A DNA stretch of 58,672 nt, filler included, from an uncultured bacterium (GTDB lineage: Bacteria; Hinthialibacterota; Hinthialibacteria; Hinthialibacterales; Hinthialibacteraceae), in NCBI GenBank assembly GCA_964449065.1. It is 4 parts of 4 records of this genome, joined end to end, with 100 filler letters (N's around TTAATTAATTAA, not from the genome) between each part and the next. Parts side by side here need not be neighbours in the genome. Positions count along the whole stretch, not along the records: positions 44,257 to 58,672 come from CAYVAZ010000115.1; 3 more parts are not named here. One strand, given 5' to 3'. Each line of letters opens with the position of its first letter. The first letter of the stretch is position 1. A program made the position numbers and the translations under genes. Of this stretch, positions 50,033 through 58,672 are shown in pieces. The notes beneath the pieces were generated by a model. The model was not told the origin of the DNA. It did no database searches and worked only from the letters and a program-made list of their open reading frames with translations.

Positions 50033-50601
50033 GAACGGGCTCCTTGTTGGGGCGGTTGTTTTAGCAGATAGGTGGTGACGGTCATCTGGACATCCAATTT
50101 CGGCTGATTGGGATCCTGCAGCTGCATTTTCATGGATTGCGGCTGCAGGATAATATCCGCCTTTTTGAGATGGGTTAAAAATTGGATGAGCTGGTTAAAT
50201 TGGCATTCAAAACTCATTCGCACATCCACGCTGGGATAGGGTTTGGCGCGTTGATTGATATTGGGAGAAACCACTTTTAACTGCACCCCGCTTTGTCCGG
50301 CGGTTTGATAGAGTTGGGAGGTGATTTTGGAAACACCGTTTTCATCCACAAATTTTCCGGATTCGTTCCCGAGCCGTTTTTTGAGGTTGCCATTATTGGT
50401 TTTTTGCTGATCGATGCTGTCGATTTTTTGCAGCACATCTTCGAAGCGGGAGGCAGTGGCTTCAGAAACTTCCGTACCGGGACCGGATGACAGCAGCAGC
50501 GAACCACCGATGTATAGGCCGCCAATAATAGCCGCGGCGGCGGTGGCGATAAACAGTTTTTGTTCGCGCGATGATAATCCGTAAAACCAATCCTTCATCA
50601 T
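50029..50601 (-). CDS. gspM: GspM/PilO-like protein
   Basis: LSSREQ plus TM; QLIQFL motif; operon position. Confidence 0.72.
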   Translation of the reverse strand: MMKDWFYGLSSREQKLFIATAAAAIIGGLYIGGSLLLSSGPGTEVSEATASRFEDVLQKIDSIDQQKTNNGNLKKRLGNESGKFVDENGVSKITSQLYQTAGQSGVQLKVVSPNINQRAKPYPSVDVRMSFECQFNQLIQFLTHLKKADIILQPQSMKMQLQDPNQPKLDVQMTVTTYLLKQPPQQGARS

Positions 50602-50608
50602 GGTTATC

Positions 50609-52042
50609 CTATATTCTCAGTTTTCCTTTTAAATAAACGGTAAAACCGCCGCTTTCCATGGCCGAGCGGCTTTCGGTTAAATCTTTAAAGTATTTGCTTT
50701 GGTTGAGTTCATCCACAAAGGGTTGAATCAGCTGGCTATTGCCGCCGGTCAGAACCAAATCGACCCCCGTGTTGGTATCCAATGAAATGGATTTGACCAA
50801 CACGTTATCGGGCAGTTTTCCGGAAAGGAAAATAAACAGTTCATCGTAATCTATATGACTGCGAGTGAGATTGCGCAAGGCGGTTTCTTCGTTGTTGAGG
50901 TAATTGGCTACCCGCAGCAAATCTTTTCCGTCTTCCATGTATGAGGCCGCCGCATACTGGAACCAAACCAGTTCCGCCAGCCATAAAACCATAACCGCGC
51001 CTGCCAATAGACCGATGCGCTGCAAGATGGGTTTAGGCGGCAGCGATTCTTGAGAGGCGATGGTTTCCCACCATTTGGTTTGGTCTTCTTCCTCCATGAA
51101 ATTGATGCCGGCGGTTTGGGATTGCATAGAAGCGTAGATCAAGCACAACATCGAAAAGTGGGCCGGCTGCAACTCAACATCAGTGGATAAAGGCAAAACG
51201 CTTTGCATATCGCTGTTGGTGATTTGGATGCAGTCAAAGGCATGCTGCCGGGCCAACGGGCGGAGTTCTTCGTGCGCGATATTTTGCAATCCGCAGAGGA
51301 TCACGTTGTGAATCCGGCCGGTGGCGAAGCGTTCCGGCACATAGGCGATCAGACGTTCAATTTCACGCTTCAAGATTTGGTTTCGCGCGGCATGGTCTTC
51401 ATGCCATACATCCACGCAACGGGTGAAGTAGACGGCGTGAATATCGGCAGCGAAAAGCGTTAAATGGCTGCCGTCGAAGTAACTCACCAGTGCGGGGGAT
51501 GCGAGTAACTCCGCGTTGCGGTGGAGTAAGGTATCGTATACCGCCCAAAAATCGGGGCTGATTTGTGTGGGATAGAGTGTATTTTTTGGGAAGGCGGATA
51601 AGAGCGTTGAAACGGATTGCTTTCGTGCCGCCGCCCAGATCAAATGGATATCTTTGGAGTCATCTTGGGTGCTGGATTTATGGTATCCCCAGGCGATATC
51701 TTCGATCGGAATTTGCAGGGTTTCGGCTACTTCAAAGGCGGTGGCTTCGCGCAGCGTGTTTTCATCGGCGGGCGGAATTTTGGAATAGCGTGCCGTATAG
51801 ATGTTGCTTGGCGGTGCCAGGATGATTTCACACCCCGCGAACCAGTTGATATCGATTTCGGATTTCAGTTCCCGCAAAGCGGTTTTGCGCTGCTCTTCGA
51901 TGGATTGGCCTTCCTCTTCCTTAAAAAAGTTTGTGCCGCCGGAAAGAATGCGTGCTTCCCCGTTTTCGTGTTTGGCTTCCAGCCAAAGCAGCCTGTCTGG
52001 TAACAGGCGAAGAATAATGGTATGCGCCATGTTCGGGGCCAT
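50609..52042 (-). CDS. gspL: GspL-like (PilM/PilN-like) protein
   Basis: Cytoplasmic actin-like region, IN(F) motif, TM, PilN-like LPDNVLVKSI; operon position. Confidence 0.7.
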   Translation of the reverse strand: MAPNMAHTIILRLLPDRLLWLEAKHENGEARILSGGTNFFKEEEGQSIEEQRKTALRELKSEIDINWFAGCEIILAPPSNIYTARYSKIPPADENTLREATAFEVAETLQIPIEDIAWGYHKSSTQDDSKDIHLIWAAARKQSVSTLLSAFPKNTLYPTQISPDFWAVYDTLLHRNAELLASPALVSYFDGSHLTLFAADIHAVYFTRCVDVWHEDHAARNQILKREIERLIAYVPERFATGRIHNVILCGLQNIAHEELRPLARQHAFDCIQITNSDMQSVLPLSTDVELQPAHFSMLCLIYASMQSQTAGINFMEEEDQTKWWETIASQESLPPKPILQRIGLLAGAVMVLWLAELVWFQYAAASYMEDGKDLLRVANYLNNEETALRNLTRSHIDYDELFIFLSGKLPDNVLVKSISLDTNTGVDLVLTGGNSQLIQPFVDELNQSKYFKDLTESRSAMESGGFTVYLKGKLRI

Positions 52043-53397
52043 TAGCGAATCACTTTCCAGTACCGGATTTGGGGCAGGTTTTCACCCCGGTCGATGAGCG
52101 CCGATACTTCTTTATACGCTTGGGATTGTTGTAAATAACCGATGGACCGAACGGAAAACACGGAGGATTTGATGCTGATGTCGTTCACCAAATCTTTAAA
52201 CGTGTCTTCGTCGATGCCATCCACTTCTAACAAGTCCGCCAACGAATCGAAGGCTTGTTCGCCGGATTCGCGGTATTCGATGATCCCTTCTACCGCGTCG
52301 GGATTTTCGGGCAGCAGGCATTGCAATACGGTTTTGGGGGCGGTGTTGATGTTGATGCGTCCCCAAAGTTTGTCTTCACCGCTGACGGTGACTTGATCGA
52401 GAATTTGCTTGATTTTCCCGCTGTCTAACGTCTCCTGGTTTTGATTGTTGCCCCCCCCGCGCCCGTTATTGCCACTGCTGGTTTGGACGGTTAGCTGGAC
52501 ATCAAATAAGTCGCCGATGGATTCAAAATTGTTCTCATCTCTTGCGGCGATGATGGAATCGATATCGGTTTCATCCAGCACTTCGCCAAGCTGACTCTGC
52601 ATGGCTTCTTTATCGGCGTCGTTTAGATTAATCCGGCTGTTGCCTTCTAAATCGACGTTTTCTTCGTACGAGTAGAACGTGAGGTAGGGGCGCCATCCGC
52701 GGCGCAACTTACCGTCGGAGTTATCATTAGGGAAGTTGTCTGCCCCATCGTTTTCCGGGACATCCAACGTGCCGTTTTGATTGACATCTTCGCCATACAA
52801 TATATCGACGGTCATCCCTTTGACCAGCAGCAATTCGTCCAGTGAATCGAACTTGCCGTTTTTGGCGTTGTAGGGTTCGGACAGGCCGTTGTAGTACATA
52901 TTTTCGGCGCCTAACGGACGTTGATCATCATTTTCATCGCGCCAGTCGAGAATGGCTTCCACAACGTCTTCTTCAGCAAACTCCAACTGCATCAACTGCT
53001 GTTTGGTGGCAACGTTGATGTTGAGTTTGGCGCTTTCATCCATGATGCCGTAATGTTCGGCGTTGACTTCTTCTAAATCGGCATGAACCAGGCGGAACAC
53101 GCCTTCCCCCAAAGAGACATCATAGAAGAGCGATTGATTGTCGAACCAGGTATCGTTGCGGCTGTCATAGCCGTTGGTTTCGGCATCCAGCATTAATTCA
53201 CCGATGGCGTAATGGACCCCGGCTTCCGCCAGCATCATGGCTTGGGAGGTTTTCATGACATTTCGGTTTATTTTAAGCGATAGATTGGTCTGCCGGGAAT
53301 ACAGCAGGGTAATGGTGCCCATCACCGCAACCACCCACAGCACGGCGATCAAGGCTATGCCATTCGATGAATGTTTATGGATTCCACCGTTAACCAT
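52042..53397 (-). CDS. gspK: Minor pseudopilin GspK
   Basis: GIALIAVLW, DESAKLNIN, ILDWRD, ELLLVKG, ININTA. Confidence 0.9.
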   Translation of the reverse strand: MVNGGIHKHSSNGIALIAVLWVVAVMGTITLLYSRQTNLSLKINRNVMKTSQAMMLAEAGVHYAIGELMLDAETNGYDSRNDTWFDNQSLFYDVSLGEGVFRLVHADLEEVNAEHYGIMDESAKLNINVATKQQLMQLEFAEEDVVEAILDWRDENDDQRPLGAENMYYNGLSEPYNAKNGKFDSLDELLLVKGMTVDILYGEDVNQNGTLDVPENDGADNFPNDNSDGKLRRGWRPYLTFYSYEENVDLEGNSRINLNDADKEAMQSQLGEVLDETDIDSIIAARDENNFESIGDLFDVQLTVQTSSGNNGRGGGNNQNQETLDSGKIKQILDQVTVSGEDKLWGRININTAPKTVLQCLLPENPDAVEGIIEYRESGEQAFDSLADLLEVDGIDEDTFKDLVNDISIKSSVFSVRSIGYLQQSQAYKEVSALIDRGENLPQIRYWKVIR

Positions 53398-54124
53398 TTT
53401 GCTGACCCTGCTCCGCTTGATCGCGGTATAGGCTTTCCGTGCCGCCCATAGGCCCCAGGCTGTCTGATGGGGGGGAGCGGTAATGCGCCGGCGCCACCAG
53501 CGTGGAGTATTGTTCGATCTCTTCCGGCAGCGGCTGCTGCCGCTGATTGATTTCAGACGGCATAAAACCGATGGTGATGTTTACCAGCATGGGGATTTCT
53601 TCTACCGTGTCCCACTGCGTCCACCATATTTCGCCATCGTAGAACTGGAAGTCTAAGAACATGACTTTCGGTCCTAGAAGCGCTTTGGTTCCACCGTTGA
53701 ACGGGTCCATATCGGGAGTGGGATCAAAACGGCGCTGCAGCCATCGTTCTGGCGTGTTGTCATCCATATCAATAAAATACTGAATCTCGACAATATCGCT
53801 GGTGCCTTGGCCGGTTTCGGCCGCCTTGTTGACGGTTGAGACAAACATCAGGTCATCGGCGGGCATTCCATTTGTGGTTTGATCCTGACAGACAAAGCGG
53901 GTGTTCGCATCGTGGGGAGAGTAAAACGTTGCTGTCAGGTCTTTTTCCATCCGTTCAAAGATAAAGCGCGCGGTATCGGCGTGTTGGCCTTCGGATGTGC
54001 TTTTTTTGTATGTGTCTAGTATGGTGGACAACGAGACCATCCCGCCGCCGATTATCAGGGTGGTGATCGTGGCCGCGAGAATTAACTCGATCAGTGTGAA
54101 CGCGTTTTTGTTATTCTTGCGCAT
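53390..54124 (-). CDS. gspJ: Minor pseudopilin GspJ
   Basis: AFTLIEL prepilin motif; size and position. Confidence 0.8.
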   Translation of the reverse strand: MRKNNKNAFTLIELILAATITTLIIGGGMVSLSTILDTYKKSTSEGQHADTARFIFERMEKDLTATFYSPHDANTRFVCQDQTTNGMPADDLMFVSTVNKAAETGQGTSDIVEIQYFIDMDDNTPERWLQRRFDPTPDMDPFNGGTKALLGPKVMFLDFQFYDGEIWWTQWDTVEEIPMLVNITIGFMPSEINQRQQPLPEEIEQYSTLVAPAHYRSPPSDSLGPMGGTESLYRDQAEQGQQNG

Positions 54125-54127
54125 CGT

Positions 54128-54529
54128 TTATACTGCCGCTTCTTCTAAGGGTTGATAATGATAGGTGACTTGGTTGACGGTGTGCTGCCGCTGCCCGCGC
54201 TGCCAGGTCACCGTAATTTCCACCCGATATAAGTCTGTAGTGGTGGTGGAGGTAAAACTTACTTGATACGAAAAATCCGGGTAAGAGCTGGATGTATCGC
54301 TGTAGTTCATAAATGGATCCAGCATATCCGCCCGCACCTGTGCCTTGATTGTGCGTGCGACGGAATCGGCGGCGGCATAATCTTCCGCCAGTTTTCCGGC
54401 GATCATGGCGGAGGAAAAGGATGTGAGGATCCCCGCCGCGGCGATGCCCAGGATGGTCATCGCTAATATTGCTTCAACGAGTGAGAACCCGTGTTTAGCG
54501 TGTGCCGGTATCGGTGTAAAAGCTTTCAA
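54128..54529 (-). CDS. gspI: Minor pseudopilin GspI
   Basis: GFSLVEA prepilin motif; LYRVEITVTW. Confidence 0.8.
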   Translation of the reverse strand: MKAFTPIPAHAKHGFSLVEAILAMTILGIAAAGILTSFSSAMIAGKLAEDYAAADSVARTIKAQVRADMLDPFMNYSDTSSSYPDFSYQVSFTSTTTTDLYRVEITVTWQRGQRQHTVNQVTYHYQPLEEAAV

Positions 54530-55046
54530 CCCGCTGCTCCCATTTCATGACTTGTCCGGTAAGTCCGGTAATGCCGACGGTAAATACCCGTTCCGTCTCA
54601 TCGGTTACATAAATGAACGTATCCGAGGTAGAACCGTCGGGATTAAACGTGATTTCATATTCAGCCTGCGAGCCTTCCAGAGCGTTTTTTTCCATGCCGG
54701 CAATGGTGATGTCTTGCCCGAATTCTTTGCCGATGAAAAGTGGAAAGGACTCATCTTCAAACGTGCCCGGCGCGTTTAAGGGGTCGGATTCAACCGACAG
54801 TCGCGGATTGCTGCTGTTTTCGGCGAAGCTCACTTTGGTCACCATGCTGCGTTCAACTGCCAGACTGCGGGCGTAGTGGATCATGGAGGATAAAGTATCA
54901 CAATAATCGCCCAAACGTCTGGCTTGCAGCGAGTTGCTTAGCGATGGAATAACCGCGCCCGCCATGATGCCGATGATGGTGATGACCATGACCAGTTCCA
55001 AGAGGGTAAAAGCGGATTTATATTTGTACAGAATCAAATTCATCAT
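54495..55046 (-). CDS. gspH: Minor pseudopilin GspH/FimT-like
   Basis: AFTLLEL, YARSLAV, ITFNPDG. Confidence 0.82.
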   Translation of the reverse strand: MMNLILYKYKSAFTLLELVMVITIIGIMAGAVIPSLSNSLQARRLGDYCDTLSSMIHYARSLAVERSMVTKVSFAENSSNPRLSVESDPLNAPGTFEDESFPLFIGKEFGQDITIAGMEKNALEGSQAEYEITFNPDGSTSDTFIYVTDETERVFTVGITGLTGQVMKWEQRVESFYTDTGTR

Positions 55047-55114
55047 TTCAGGCGTTTCTTCATCCCAAAGTTTTGTGTTTTAAACTGATTTACGTCAGTG
55101 AATGACGTTGCCCC

Positions 55115-55437
55115 CTAGTAGTCTGTCAATCAAAAAATGACGGTTCGTTATCCGTTGTTTCCCCCCTTGATAAGGGGGGCTAGGGGGGATCGACACCCGT
55201 CAATAAAACGTTGATAGTGTACTAGCAGCCTGAGAGAATCCTAATGTCGGGTTGAATTGGGAGGGCGAGGCTCCCGCCGAGCCACAGGGTTTTCACCTTA
55301 CCCGACACTTTTCGCCTGTCAGTGTACTAGTAGTCTGTCAATCAAAAAATGACGGTTCGTTATACGTTGTTTCCCCCCTTGATAAGGGGGGCTAGGGGGG
55401 ATCGACACCCGTCATTTAATCGTTGACACTGTACTAG
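55115..55437. mobile_element. Tandem array of three CTAG-bounded ~106-bp MITE-like units
   Basis: Boundary CTAG at 55115, 55222, 55327, 55434; units 1 and 3 nearly identical; unit 2 has related ends and a different core. Confidence 0.75.
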
Positions 55438-55504
55438 TCCCCCTTAATAAGGAGAGGGATTTGTGCCGTTGGGTTTTGCTTCGATTTTCCTACCCATTCC
55501 CTTT

Positions 55505-56731
55505 CTATCCCACCATGTTGCTGATGTTAAGAATTGGCAGTAAAAAGGCTACCAATATACCGCCAACTCCTATGGCCATTAGTATGATCACTAAGGGTTC
55601 AAAAATTGTTATAAAGCGTTTAATCGCGTGCTGCACTTCTATATCGTATGTATCCGCGATTTGGAACATCATTTCATCCAGCGAGCCGGATTCTTCTCCC
55701 ACGGAAATGAGATTGACGACCATGGGCGGGAAGAAGCCGGTTTCTTTCAGCGGTTTGGCGATGCCTTCGCCTTTTTTGACTTTCTCGGTTGCGGTGCGCA
55801 ATGCGGAACGAAGACGGTAACTGCCGGTGGTATCGACCACGAGATTCAATGCCTGCATGACGGGGATACCGCTTTGGATGAGGGTGCCCATGGTGCGGGC
55901 GAAGCGGGCGATTTGTACTTTGATGAGCATGGAACCGAGCGCCGGGATATTTTCTTTGATGGTTTCAATTTTTTCGCGGCCTGTGGGGGTGTTGTATGCT
56001 GCCCGAAATCCATAGAAAAGCCCAACCAAGGCGGCGGTGATAAGCCACCAATAGCCCAACACGACATCGCTGGTGTTGATCAGCGCTTTGGTCAGCCAGG
56101 GCAGGCGGTCGCCGAAATCGGCGAAGACGGAACCAAGCCGGGGGATAACCACCGTCACCATGACAATGATGGAACCGATGCCGACCATGACGATCAATAA
56201 AGGGTATGCCATTGCGGTTGTGATGTTGGATATCAGTGCCTGTTCGGCTTCCATAAACCCGGCGAGTTGTTTGAGCACGACATCCAGCACCCCGCCGGAT
56301 TCGCCCACTTTGACCATGCTGCAATACAATGACGAGAACGATTGGGGGTGTTTTTTTAGCGCGTCGGAGAGACTGTCGCCGCCGTGGATATCTTCGTGAA
56401 TGATACGCAGCAATTCCCGCAGATGATCGCTTTCGGCTTGTTCTTCTAAGATGGCGAGGGCCTGCGAGAGTACGATGCCCGCCTTAAGCAGTGCCGCCAA
56501 CTGGCTGGTGAACATCATCGCTTCTTTTTTGGTGGCGTAGGCTTTTTTGGATTGCTTGGCAGCGGTGTTGGTTTTGGGTGAGTTTACCGTTCCGCCATCC
56601 AATTCGATTTTTATGGGTTTGGCGCCTTGGCCGCGCAATAGGCTGACCGCTTCGGGTTGTGTGCCCGCGGTGAGGGTGCCATCCAGCATTTGCCCGTCGG
56701 GGGCTATGGCGCGGTAACGAAAGGTTGGCAT
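55505..56731 (-). CDS. gspF: Type II secretion platform protein GspF/PilC
   Basis: MPTFRYRA, QLAALLKAG, GESGG.L, YP, GEESGSLD, EP motifs. Confidence 0.93.
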   Translation of the reverse strand: MPTFRYRAIAPDGQMLDGTLTAGTQPEAVSLLRGQGAKPIKIELDGGTVNSPKTNTAAKQSKKAYATKKEAMMFTSQLAALLKAGIVLSQALAILEEQAESDHLRELLRIIHEDIHGGDSLSDALKKHPQSFSSLYCSMVKVGESGGVLDVVLKQLAGFMEAEQALISNITTAMAYPLLIVMVGIGSIIVMVTVVIPRLGSVFADFGDRLPWLTKALINTSDVVLGYWWLITAALVGLFYGFRAAYNTPTGREKIETIKENIPALGSMLIKVQIARFARTMGTLIQSGIPVMQALNLVVDTTGSYRLRSALRTATEKVKKGEGIAKPLKETGFFPPMVVNLISVGEESGSLDEMMFQIADTYDIEVQHAIKRFITIFEPLVIILMAIGVGGILVAFLLPILNISNMVG

Positions 56732-56741
56732 GGATTCCCCT

Positions 56742-58439
56742 TTATAAGCCGATTTCGGCGATTTCGTCTTCTTGAGTTACACGGACGATTTCTTCTATGG
56801 TGGTTTCATAACTCAAAACTTTTTGCCAGCCGTATTCCCGCAAACTGGCGATGTTGGCCATTTGGTGAATTTGGTTCGCGGAAGGGCGGTTGAGAATCAG
56901 TTCGCGTACGGGATCGGTCAGCACCAGCAGTTCGAAAATCCCTGACCGGCCGCGGTAGCCCTGGTTGCGGCAATGTTCGCACCCTACACCCCGTCTCGGA
57001 ACAAATCCGGGAGGAAACTGTACGTTTGCCAGCCGTAGTAACTCATGATCCGGTTCGTAAGGTTCCGCGCAGTGTGAACAAGTTTTTCTCACCAGCCGCT
57101 GGGCCAAAACTCCCGAAAGGGAAGAAGAGATCAAGTAGGGATCGACTCCCATATCCAGCAGGCGTGTGACCGCGCCGGAGGCGTTGTTGGTGTGCAGCGT
57201 ACTGAACACGAGGTGGCCTGTAAGGGCGGAACGGATGGCGATTTCAGCGGTTTCATAATCACGGATTTCACCCACCATGATGATATCCGGGTCTTGGCGG
57301 ACGATGGCGCGCAGGCCGTTGGCGAATGTCAATCCCCGTTTGGGATTCACCTGCATTTGGTTGATGCCTTCGATGTTGTATTCGACCGGGTCTTCTACCG
57401 TGATGATTTTGACATCCGGGGTTTTGATGCGGTTTAGCGATGCATACAAAGTGGTGGTTTTGCCGGAGCCGGTGGGGCCGGTAACCAGGATGATGCCGTG
57501 GCTGCGCCTCAAAAGTCGCGTGAAGTTATCGCGCATATCATCAAAGAAACCAAGGTCTTTTATATCTATCATAACATTGGTTTTGTCGAGGATACGTAAA
57601 ACGGCGCTTTCACCGTAAACCGTGGGGATGGTGGAAACACGAAAGTCTAACTCGCGGTTTTCCATCCGCAGGCGAATATGGCCGTCTTGCGGGGTGTAGC
57701 GTTCGGCGATATCCATTTCCGACATAATTTTAATGCGGGAAACGATGGCCGCTTGCAGGTGTTTGGGCGGCGGCGGCATCTCCCTCAAAATACCGTCGAT
57801 ACGGTAGCGAACTTTGAGGTCATTCTGAAAGGGTTCGATGTGGATATCGCTGGCGTTTTCTTCTACCGCGCGAAATATGATGAGATTGACGAGGTTGACG
57901 ACGGTAGGTTCACTTGCTAATTGGCGTAGGTCACCGATGTCGTCCCCGTGGGTAATGTTTGCGGATTCATCTTCATGCGAACTCATGTTGGCGATCATTT
58001 TTTCGATGGTGGAGCCGAAATAGCGCTCGATGTTTTCCATGAGTTCCGTTCGTTTCGAGAGAACAACATCAATCTCACAGCCGGTGAGCATACGTAAATC
58101 TTCAATGACCGTCAGATCATTGGGGTTTAGAGTTGCTACGGTGAGTTGCCCGTTGCTGCGTTCCAGCGGGAGGACACAATTGCGGAGAGCGAATTCCGCC
58201 GGGACGGTATTGATCACATTGGGGGCGATTTTGTTGGGGATGTGGCGGAATTCGACTCCGGTTGACCGGCTGAGCAGTTCGATGAGATTTTCTTCGCTCA
58301 TAAGATTTAAGCGTAGAATTGTCTCAAACAGGGATTCTCCGCAGCTTTGCTGCTCATCCTTCAATAGACGCCATTCTTCGTCCGTAAATTTATTATAGTC
58401 GATTAGGATTTGTTCGAGGTTCATTTCCCACATTCTCAC
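56742..58439 (-). CDS. gspE: Type II secretion ATPase GspE/PilB
   Basis: ASDIHIEP, GPTGSGKTT, EDPVE, RQDPD..VGEIRD, STLHTN, zinc Cys pairs. Confidence 0.95.
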   Translation of the reverse strand: MRMWEMNLEQILIDYNKFTDEEWRLLKDEQQSCGESLFETILRLNLMSEENLIELLSRSTGVEFRHIPNKIAPNVINTVPAEFALRNCVLPLERSNGQLTVATLNPNDLTVIEDLRMLTGCEIDVVLSKRTELMENIERYFGSTIEKMIANMSSHEDESANITHGDDIGDLRQLASEPTVVNLVNLIIFRAVEENASDIHIEPFQNDLKVRYRIDGILREMPPPPKHLQAAIVSRIKIMSEMDIAERYTPQDGHIRLRMENRELDFRVSTIPTVYGESAVLRILDKTNVMIDIKDLGFFDDMRDNFTRLLRRSHGIILVTGPTGSGKTTTLYASLNRIKTPDVKIITVEDPVEYNIEGINQMQVNPKRGLTFANGLRAIVRQDPDIIMVGEIRDYETAEIAIRSALTGHLVFSTLHTNNASGAVTRLLDMGVDPYLISSSLSGVLAQRLVRKTCSHCAEPYEPDHELLRLANVQFPPGFVPRRGVGCEHCRNQGYRGRSGIFELLVLTDPVRELILNRPSANQIHQMANIASLREYGWQKVLSYETTIEEIVRVTQEDEIAEIGL

Positions 58440-58672
58440 ACGCTGTTTACAGGTATAACGATTAATATACTAGTATCGTTGCGAAAAAATGTCATCTGAT
58501 GAATGTTTTTTTTATTGAATGTAAATAGGATAAAAGTTTTTGTCTTGTATCTATGCGGAAAATATCTATTTGGATAAATTCTTATACCATTTGAAGAATA
58601 CCCGCTTCAATTGTATGGGGGAGCATTTGCTTCCAGCCTACTACTATATATTGTTCAGCCCGTAGAGTGGGT

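Noticed and set aside
55115..55437. Possible CRISPR array
   Set aside because: Period is about 106 bp, units 1 and 3 match throughout with no unique spacers, and no cas genes are present.

Overview
This window is not one locus. It is four contigs of decreasing length (1-14745, 14846-29569, 29670-44156, 44257-58672) joined by artificial N44-TTAATTAATTAA-N44 linkers, so adjacency across linkers means nothing. Gene content (T2SS, Tat sulfatases, PBP1A, multiheme cytochrome) indicates a diderm bacterium, probably a metagenome-assembled genome; taxonomy cannot be fixed from sequence alone. Contig 1: serB, PBP1A, Zn-dehydrogenase, a TPR/HEAT protein and an rmlC-protease-rmlD-comF-cinA run interrupted by an AT-rich ABC-ATPase + putative PD-(D/E)xK nuclease pair, then an AT-rich patch with a MerR/Xis-like HTH gene and a solitary rplO. 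Contig 2: HerA + HAS-barrel protein, several decayed toxin-antitoxin modules, asd, an Rpn-family nuclease followed by a free-standing duplicate of its own C-terminal unit, tpx, a NusG paralog and an AT-rich pair of exported unknown proteins. Contig 3: two sulfatases, ferredoxin, YhcG nuclease, RNase E/G, short glmU-rplY-pth, AGE epimerase. Contig 4: a type II secretion operon with no gspG, where a tandem array of three CTAG-bounded ~106-bp elements sits between gspF and gspH. No tRNA, rRNA or CRISPR array was seen. Best candidates for something new: the ATPase-nuclease cassette, the Rpn with an extra stand-alone C-terminal (antitoxin-like) copy, the orphan rplO island, and modular CTAG-bounded MITEs carrying interchangeable REP hairpins. 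All family assignments come from motif recognition by eye, not database searches.
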